Source of the DNA: Eledone cirrhosa
Lineage: Eukaryota
DNA length: 64,000 bases
NCBI GenBank assembly: GCA_964016885.1
Contig: OZ024743.1
Location: 107,446,001-107,510,000 of the forward strand
Reading direction: 5' to 3'
Shown here piece after piece: positions 54,079-64,000 of this stretch. Each line of letters starts with the position of its first letter. The first letter of the stretch is position 1. The notes beneath the pieces are model-generated. The model saw only the letters and a list, made by a program, of their open reading frames with translations, had not been told where the DNA came from and did not search any database. The position numbers were made by a program, and so were the translations under genes.

Positions 54079-56343
54079 GAGGGAGATCACTAAGGCAATC
54101 GACCAGTGCTACCACTCCAGAGTCCAATACGAGAAAAAATGGCTCAAGCGGAAATATGTGTGGATCCTGTCTAAACTCCACAAAGAGAACATCGACACTA
54201 ACGACCAGACCGACCAGAACCACGTGGAAAGCAACAACTTAACAACCGCCACCGCCGCATCCACCAACACCGAGCCACACCTCAACGATGCGACGCACCT
54301 GGTCACCGACCTAACCGGCACTCTCACGAGCGACGAGCTGAAACTCCTACACCTCGGACCCAAGTTCATCGTCTCACAACGACTCGACGACAGACTCAAA
54401 CTCAACATCGAGGCCAACTTGTCGAGCCGCTTACCAACTTAAATGGGTGACCGCCATCAACGGCGCCACAGAAAATAACAGCGCCCACGCAACCCACCCC
54501 AAGTTCCTCACTTACCACCCCAACAACCAACTCCACCCCCAACCCACCAACCATGAACTCGACACTAAACTCATCAGACTAAAACACTCCATCTCGGATA
54601 TACTTCACAAACACACACACACGCACAACACACAACCTCACCAAGTCTCAACTCACCACACTCTCCAACCTTAAATCGAAGAAGCTCATCTACCTCCCCT
54701 CCGACAAGGGAAAAGAATTCTGCGTCATCAGCAGAGAGGCCTACAACACCCTGGCCCCCCAACACCTCTACTCCAAGGTCACGGGAATCACTCCCGCGCA
54801 GATAGAAGAGCACATCAACGCCGCCTGGACCAACATCTGCGACCGGCGGAAGCTTCCGAAGAAGCTGAGATACAACCTCCTCACGAGGAACAGCAGACTA
54901 CCCGCCTTCTACCCCCTCGTGAAAACACACAAACAGGGACCCGACCTGAAGATCAGGCCCATTGTATCGAGCGTGGAAGGACCACTCTACAAAATTTCAT
55001 GGCTCCTAGCCAGAATACTCAAACCCATCTTAGACACTTTGCCGGGACACGTTAACAGCTCCAAGGAGGTGTTGAACGCCTGCATCAAATGGATCCCGTC
55101 ACCAGAAAGAATAACAGATATGCCTTCAGCCTTGATGCAGTCGCTCTTTACACCTCGGTCTCGGCACTCCCGGCCGTTAATATACTGATGGAACGCATCC
55201 AATCCACCGACCTACACTGCTTTGGGCTCACCACCACTGACATCCACCAACTCCTATCCATCGTCGTCGAAAACACCTACTTCGGATTACTTGACCAAAC
55301 ATATCAACAAACATCGGGAATGCCCATAGGATCAAGCCTGTCGGGTGTGCTAGCGATCTCTTACATGGACAGCCTCGAGCGCAAGGCACTCAACGCCTGC
55401 CACCCCAACGCCATCGCCTTTTTCTCAAGGTATGTGGGCGATATCCTCATCCTCACATCTTCCCAAAACATGGCGAACAGAATCTATGAGACGTTCAACA
55501 ACACGGACGAGAACATTGACTTTAGTGTTGAACACCCCAACGGCGACGAGTCACTTGCACTCCTTGACTTTCGAATCAACATCACGGAACAGGGAGGGAT
55601 CCACTGCAACTTCTACCGAAAGGCAGCCTGCAGGGACCTGTTCGTGCACTACAAGTCCTCCCTCCCTAACAGTGCCAAAAAGAGGATACATCACGAACGA
55701 GATCGCGCGAATCAAAAACAGATGCAGCGATCCCGCGAGTGGTGTCACTCATACCAAGCGATTCCTCGAGGTGCTGGAGACGAACGGGTACCCTACCTCG
55801 CTCACAGACAGAGTAGGAGACACCAGACACAAGAGCCAGAGAGGCACACAAGGCAAGTACTTCCTTAAAATGCCACACCTGGGCGAGAATACCACCAACG
55901 TTATCCGCAAGGCTATACGGAGGGAGGGACTCGACATCCACCTGGCCCACTCGGGCCTCTCCCTGCGAAGATGCCTCTCCAGGAAACCAGGGAAATCAAC
56001 TGACGCGTGCCCCCTCAGAGACTGCCCGATGCGCCATGCGAACTGTTGCCTACGCACATACGTCGTGTATAAGATAGAATGCAACAAGTGCAACCAATAC
56101 TATATAGGTAGCACAATCCGGCCGTTGCACATCCAGATCAAAGAGTCCACTAACACCAGGGCCTCGTTTTTCTGGAAACACATTGCCAAATGCAGAAACA
56201 AAGACGGAAGGCCCATTGTCACAATTCTAGTGACAGAAAGAAACGTCGGCACATTACGTATCAAGGAAGCACTTTGGATCAAATGCCTAGGGCCACAATT
56301 AAACAACCCATCCGAGAGAAGCGAAATGAGGTGGTTGGTTTAA
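54079..56343 (+). pseudogene. Penelope-like RT + C-terminal GIY-YIG endonuclease, multiply frameshifted
   Basis: LGPKF, KTHK..IRPIVS, SLDAVALYTSV, QTSGMPIGSSLS, RYVGD (catalytic YVDD mutated), LLDF, Cys-rich linker CPLRDC..NCC, VVYKIECNKCNQYYIGST, KEALWIK..PQLN. Confidence 0.93.
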
Positions 56344-57064
56344 GTTAACAAACGAATAGCAACACACGCACACGCACACACAAGCGAGACAGCAGCACAC
56401 GCACACACACACACAGTAGCATTCTACCATACGAACATACTACACTGCTGATACAGAGGAACAAGACAACAACACACACACACTCAAGCGAGACAACAAC
56501 ACATACACACACGCACTCAAGCGAGACAACAACACACACACAGTAACATTCACCAAACAAGCAGAGAATACTATGGACAGACAGCTAGCGCCACCCCACT
56601 CCCACAATTGAAAGAACTACTTCGTTCGCTGACCTCTGCCTGACCGACCCCATTTCCAGCGCACGCGCGCTCTGCTGAATACCTCACATAATCAAAACAA
56701 CGAACAGCGGAGGACACGTTTCGCACTTTTCCGACAGCTAACCCCCCCCCCCCTCCCTCGCGAAAAAAAACCCCAGTTGATGGATGTGAATCAGAAATAT
56801 AGAGGGACAATTAAATCTCTCCCAAGGTAACTCTTTCTCATGTTGTTATTTTGATTTTTATCCTTCACGCTCTTTCCTTCATTCCTCTACACGCTGCAGT
56901 CTTATACACGCCACGCATCTCAACTTAAACCCACTTACATCTCTCTCTCCACCACCGGATTTGTTACCCGGAGATTTACACACCTGCATTTTCGAGGCTT
57001 CCAAACGACTTAAATAAATTTACCTTATTATTCCACAATGCTTCAAGCAAACTTCAATACTCTC
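54079..57064 (+). mobile_element. Penelope-like retroelement, 5'-truncated, between (TA)n tracts
   Basis: RT and GIY-YIG remnants followed by a 3' region with a decayed HHR (56771-56806) and a candidate intron (56827-56899). Confidence 0.92.
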
Positions 57065-57237
57065 ATATATATGTATATATATATATATATACGTATATAT
57101 CTCTTTCAAGTTTAAATTATTGACCCTCTAAACCACCGTCCATCAAGATTATATATTGAGATACATGATCATCATACCTGTTATATATGTATAGATAACT
57201 TAACATATATATATAAATAAGCATACACACACCACAT

Positions 57238-57387
<150 letters not shown>

Positions 57388-57452
57388 CTGTGTATGTGTA
57401 AATGGTAAAAAAATAACAAAAACGGTTCAGTATTGAAATAGCAGGAAGGGGG

Positions 57453-57488
57453 TCTTAACGTTTTGGGCGCTAGTTCTTCATCAGAAGA
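57453..57488 (-). ncRNA. Degenerate minimal HHR (family G)
   Basis: Minus strand TCTT-CTGATGA-AGAACTAGCGCCC-AAAA-CG-TT-AAGA; GAAA mutated and stem II imperfect. Confidence 0.55.
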
Positions 57489-58648
57489 AATTATAAGAAA
57501 TTAGAAAGATTCAGGGGTTATTTCAGCTCGACAACCCCCTTACCTCCCTCTTTCGCTTACCTATGCACAGAATACCGTCCCTGCTTTTTGACGTAAATCT
57601 TTTCATATTTATCTATTCGTGAGTTACCATTTGATAAACTTGTCTGCGCCGCATCCTGTGACGATTGCAGTCGTAAAACGTTTTACGGTTATTTGTTTAC
57701 GTACTGATTTTGCTGACTTAGTCAAAAGAAAAACACTTTTGGCTTCTTTGTCTATGCTGTTGTGTATTAACATCGGGAATGTAGCATAAACATTATGAAC
57801 AGAAACAAGATGAATAAAATTCAAACAAATAAAACTCTTCAAATACCTGCATAATATTGACGGAGAAAAGTTGAATCAGAGCACCCTGCAACGAAAATAC
57901 TGAAAACAATCGATTAAGAGCATGATGTAAGAATAGAGATGTTGAAATTGATAAAAATCTAAGGTTGTAAATAATTAAAATATAGAAAATCGATAGAACA
58001 TCTTTGTGTAGACGGACGAACGGTTTTTCAAACACGAAACTCAATGATAAGACGGCAGTAAAAGCACACAGCAAATGATATACAGTAAACAAAAGAATAT
58101 AATAAACATTACGTAATTAAATTAACTGATTTTTAGAGAAGCCATATTAGTTATACAGCAATGAGTACTGCATGGTTGAATTATTAACAAGTTCCCTTTG
58201 CAATCGTAAGAACCCACATTCGATTTAATCTTCTTGCGTGGCAGAAGGGGAACCTACAATTGAATCTATGGTAAATATAAATATTTGTTCCAATTCTGTT
58301 AGTGGGAGATGATGCGTTACTCTTCTAATTTGGGGAGTGCCGTATCATTCGTTTCAAGTGGATCTTCCATAAAACCGCATACTGATAGCGTTTCTCCATA
58401 AAGACAATGCGAACCGTCGAAGATAAGTGGGGAACTTCTTATGACTAGTGACTATTAAACATATATATTTTCGCAAAATCGATACGGAAGAAGCATTAGA
58501 TTCTCGGCCTCAGTACTGAATAAGTAAGCGTCACTAAGGATGGAATAACAATCTTAAATTACTAGTAATTTGCATTGTCACGTTGTTGATTATTGCAAGA
58601 TATTGAATATGAAACTGCTAAATGAATTAACACACTTACACACACACC

Positions 58649-58740
<92 letters not shown>

Positions 58741-58744
58741 CACA

Positions 58745-59414
58745 TACGTAGTCGAGGAATTTAGAAGCAGTTTAGGTATGATACATCTTATTACTAATTA
58801 TATCTAATGTTTCTTCTCTCTTCATAATGTACTTTATAGCTCTGATACTGGTTCAGTCTAATCCATTCGGATTGGTTTGTCCCAGTTTTTCATAGAGCAA
58901 CATCGGTTAAGGTTGGCACCATTAACTCAAGGATAGATGTGGATATATTCATGTATATGTATGTGTCCGCATGTATCTGTGAGTTTCTCTATATATTGTT
59001 TATAACTCCATTTGGTCGAGTAACCTTTGAAGTGTAGTGACTGCTGGAAAGCTACCATTACTCATACTTCTTGCCTCCTTAACCACCTCTTCTACGGCCC
59101 CGATATAAATACCCCCTCCGCCTCCGTGGTATTTTTTTCAGGGTTATAAGATACTTAGCTCTGTTTCTTGACCGCTGTATCACGTGATTGACTCCCTCTC
59201 CGCCTTTCGCGATTCTATCACGCATCTTACAGACGTGTTTTGAAACCCTTAATGAGGTATCCTCTTGATAAGTCCACAGACCTCACAAAAACTCTATATC
59301 TCTGTGATGTATTGCTTTTGATTATGCCACGAAACTACGTAGTCGAGGAATTTAGAAGCAGTTTAGGTATGATACATCTTATTACTAATTATATCTAATG
59401 TTTCTTCTCTCTTC

Positions 59415-59419
<5 letters not shown>
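58745..59419 (+). mobile_element. HHR element family A: 591-nt unit plus 84-bp terminal direct repeat; HHR at 59260-59349
   Basis: 58745-58828 is repeated at 59336-59419 and starts within HHR stem III. Core TCCTC-TTGATAA...CAC-GAAA-CTACGTAG-TC-GAGGA; stem II partly decayed. Confidence 0.88.
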
Positions 59420-59460
<41 letters not shown>

Positions 59461-59461
<1 letters not shown>

Positions 59462-60012
59462 ACGGGAAACTCTAAGATAACATTTCGGCTCAATAGAGGT
59501 ATATTTACAAATATATATACACATTTATAATAAGATTACATACAATAAGTATATAAATGACCTCGCTATCAAAGAAAAGCATTTTTTCGAAGCGAGAACA
59601 ATTTTTTTTCTCTCTACTTTACCCTGCCAGTAAGTTCTGATTATATCAGACTGCGCTGGTTCAACATATGTTACTCTTTCATTGGTGATATTCACTCAAC
59701 CCGTATTAGTATGGAGAGTAACTAGAATCTATAAAGAGTTCTGCGTGATGAACATTTGCTGGAGATGCTCATTTGCATATAACAAATTGATAACAACGCA
59801 TGGAAATGCTTATTTACATATAGCGCGGACTTAGTTGGTTATATAAAATTGGCAATAACAGTAAAACAGCTTTTAAGCTTAATAGAGGTGTATATTAAAA
59901 CATATATAAACATATAGTATACGATTATATACAATAAATATATAGGTAGCTTCGCTATCAGAGAAAAACATTTTTTCGTAAAGAAATTATTGTATTTCTT
60001 TCTATTTTCCTT
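59461..60012. repeat. Diverged direct repeat, period ~389 bp (59488-59610 vs 59877-60010)
   Basis: Shared GCT.AATAGAGGT..TACAATAA..TCGCTATCA.AGAAAA.CATTTTTTCG blocks. Confidence 0.6.
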
Positions 60013-60830
60013 CTGAAACATATCGCAGAGTTGCCAGTTTGATCTAAGAATATTCTCCAGCTATCTCTCGTGGCTACGCAAAAGTGGAATACCCTACTAA
60101 CTAAGCTGTGCTACCATTGGGGGGAGGGTTTGGGGGGTTCTAAACATATTCAGGAAAATGAGACCCCTTAACTTGTGATCTGCCGAATAATTTTGCATAT
60201 TGTTCGCCAGGTACACATTAACTAATAAGATATCAGAGCTAGTGAGCAAATGTATGCACGGCATACAAAAATCATTCCTCTGCCTCAAAATATCAATTGA
60301 TCCTGGTGGCTAGTCATCCACACCTATGAACTGCGCCTTTGCAAACCACTCGGCATTTAAAACTGCGCAGCTACATTTACCTGGACAAGCCCCACCATTC
60401 ACTTCTGCACAAAAACCTACACTTCTCCCAAGAATCTACTTGCAGAGTCCCGAGGCCCACACCCTACCCCCATTTAGTATATCAACCTATCAACAGTATT
60501 TGTACGTTTTCTTTTTAGATATACTTCACATGTGTCTCTTCCTATGACCAATATGTCTCTTGCCATCCTACTCCACTCCTACTTACTAACCACTCCTACC
60601 CACAACCGCACTTCTTCCGTTTCCTGACCATTTGTCTATTAAGATCCTTTTGCCATTGTATGTCTACCAACCACATTCTCCATCAGACCAGAACTACTAT
60701 GATAAACTCAATCAAAGCCCAACCAAGTCCAGTGACCTATTTGGTCACAGCCTACAAGTATTACTACGGCTTTGTTAAGTATTGCAAAACACACAAGACG
60801 AAACCATTTTTCGGCGAAATCAGCAGGATC

Positions 60831-61145
<315 letters not shown>

Positions 61146-61338
61146 ATAGGAACGAGTAGGACCCCGACGGCTGAGCTCAAGCCGTTTCGATGGCTAATTC
61201 TGAATTCAGAATTAGCCGTCGATACGGCTTGAGCTCGGCCCTCAGGGTCCTACTCGTTCCTATTACCCACTCTACTACCCTAAGTATTGAGTACTTTGAG
61301 GCGTTATGGTCCATCTGGTTCCTTACCACATTTCCTTC

Positions 61339-61341
<3 letters not shown>
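61146..61341 (+). mobile_element. HHR element family B, third copy with 118-bp fold-back centred on GAATTC (61202-61207)
   Basis: Aligns to 39604-39810 with the same two outer ends. Confidence 0.85.
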
Positions 61342-61422
<81 letters not shown>

Positions 61423-61677
61423 ATATAAATATATATATATTTTTATGTTTTTATGTGCCTGTGTATATGTGTATATTTATGAGTACATGTTTGTATGTAT
61501 TTGTATGAGTGGCCGTTTGTTTGTATGCATATCGCTGTGTGTACGTGCGTTCACATGTACCTGCATTCGGGCATGTTTGTGTATGTTTGTGTGTGTATAT
61601 ATATATATATATACATGTATGTATGTATGTATGTATGTATGTATGTATGTATGTATGTATGTATGTATGTATGTATG

Positions 61678-62290
61678 TTATGTCAGGTCACCAGTTGGTG
61701 CTACTGGTAACATGTATCCCAGTACAACCTGTCTCATGGTCGGGTCGTTGGCAACTAAACTGGCTACCACACCAAGGTTCCTTGGTGAGGAGGGTGACTT
61801 TCGACATCCTGCAGGACTAAAAACAAAACCTTTCAAAGGGCAAGGGAGCTCTTAAGAGTCAATAGCCATCCAAAATCACCGGGAGAGATGACCCCTTAGC
61901 CTTTGTCAAGGCAGAATTCTAGGAGAAGGAAAACTCTGATATAACACCTGCAACCCTGATGGTATCCAATGATGTTGACTTGTTCTTCTTTTTGGTAAAT
62001 ATCATCTTGGTTAAGAGAGTGGGACTGGCTTTGTGGAGTGCCTTTGCTCACTATAAAAGCTTCACAGCACAGGCATTGCTTTATATCTGGAGATCTCTCT
62101 GCACTTGTCCTCATATGGTACCATGGGCCCTGCACTATGTGTCAATAATGGTCACAAGTGTAGTCTTTTTACCAGAGTTTTCAAGTTGCTGGCTGGACTA
62201 AAAAGTCACATTCGTTCAGCACATCGGTAGGGGTTCTCCTACATGGATATAAAGTAGTGGCCGTACTCGAAAACGAGTTGGCAGCCACCA
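61678..62290 (+). mobile_element. ~610-bp non-autonomous RTE derivative
   Basis: Homologous to 44048-44660; 62153-62230 translates [25 protein letters not shown]. Confidence 0.85.
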
Positions 62291-63575
<1,285 letters not shown>

Positions 63576-64000
63576 ATGTATCCCAGTACAACCAGTATCA
63601 TGGTCGGGTCGTTAGCTACTAAACTGGCAACCCCACCAAGGTTTCTTGGTGAGGAGGGTGACTTTGGACATCCTGCAGGACTAAAAACAAAACCTGTCAA
63701 AGGGCAAAGGAGCTCTTAAGAGTCAATAACCATCCAAAATCATCGGGGGAGATGACCCCTTAGTCAAGGTAGAATTCTAGGAGAAGGAAAACTTTGATAT
63801 AACACCTGCAACCCTGATGGTATCCAATGATGTTGACTTGTTCTTCTTTTTGTAAATATCATCTTGGTTAAGAGAGTGGGACTGGCTTTGTGCAGTGCCT
63901 TTGCTCATTATAAAAGCTTCACGGCACATGCATTGCTTTATATCTGTAGATCTCTCTGCACTTGTCGTCACATGGTACCATGGGCCCAGCACTATGTGTC
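63576..64000 (+). mobile_element. Third copy of the non-autonomous RTE derivative, 5'-clipped, running off the window
   Basis: Aligns to ~61712-62142. Confidence 0.85.

Noticed and set aside
57655-57690. TGACGA-TTGC-AGTC-GTAA-AACGTT HHR-like string
   Set aside because: Lacks C3, a proper GAAA and stem I.
60230-60835. Possible decayed PLE 3' end with HHR remnant (TTGTTAA-GTATTG..CAAGAC-GAAAC, ~60772-60805)
   Set aside because: Core, stem I and stem III cannot all be fitted; no clear GIY-YIG translation.

Overview
Eukaryotic, repeat-dominated window with no supportable host gene. It is probably an octopod cephalopod, inferred only from the SINE families and the (TA)n/(CA)n/(GA)n richness. Bases 1-~31,510 are one array of a 40-bp A/C-rich satellite (about 785 units) with kb-scale internal duplications. 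The right half is a retroelement mosaic: a decayed Penelope-like element (RT + C-terminal GIY-YIG), a 5'-truncated RTE LINE ending in three C2H2 fingers, a ~610-bp non-autonomous RTE derivative and about a dozen tRNA-derived SINEs. The main signal is a dense set of short non-coding elements from about 10 sequence-unrelated families, each built around a type I hammerhead ribozyme (HHR) with a palindromic stem III. They include a 535-nt tandem retrozyme-like array, a 591-nt unit with a U3:A8 variant core, and fold-back insertions. Three of these families also carry a short GT-AG intron candidate just downstream of the cleavage site. All ribozyme and intron calls come from manual pairing; none has been tested.
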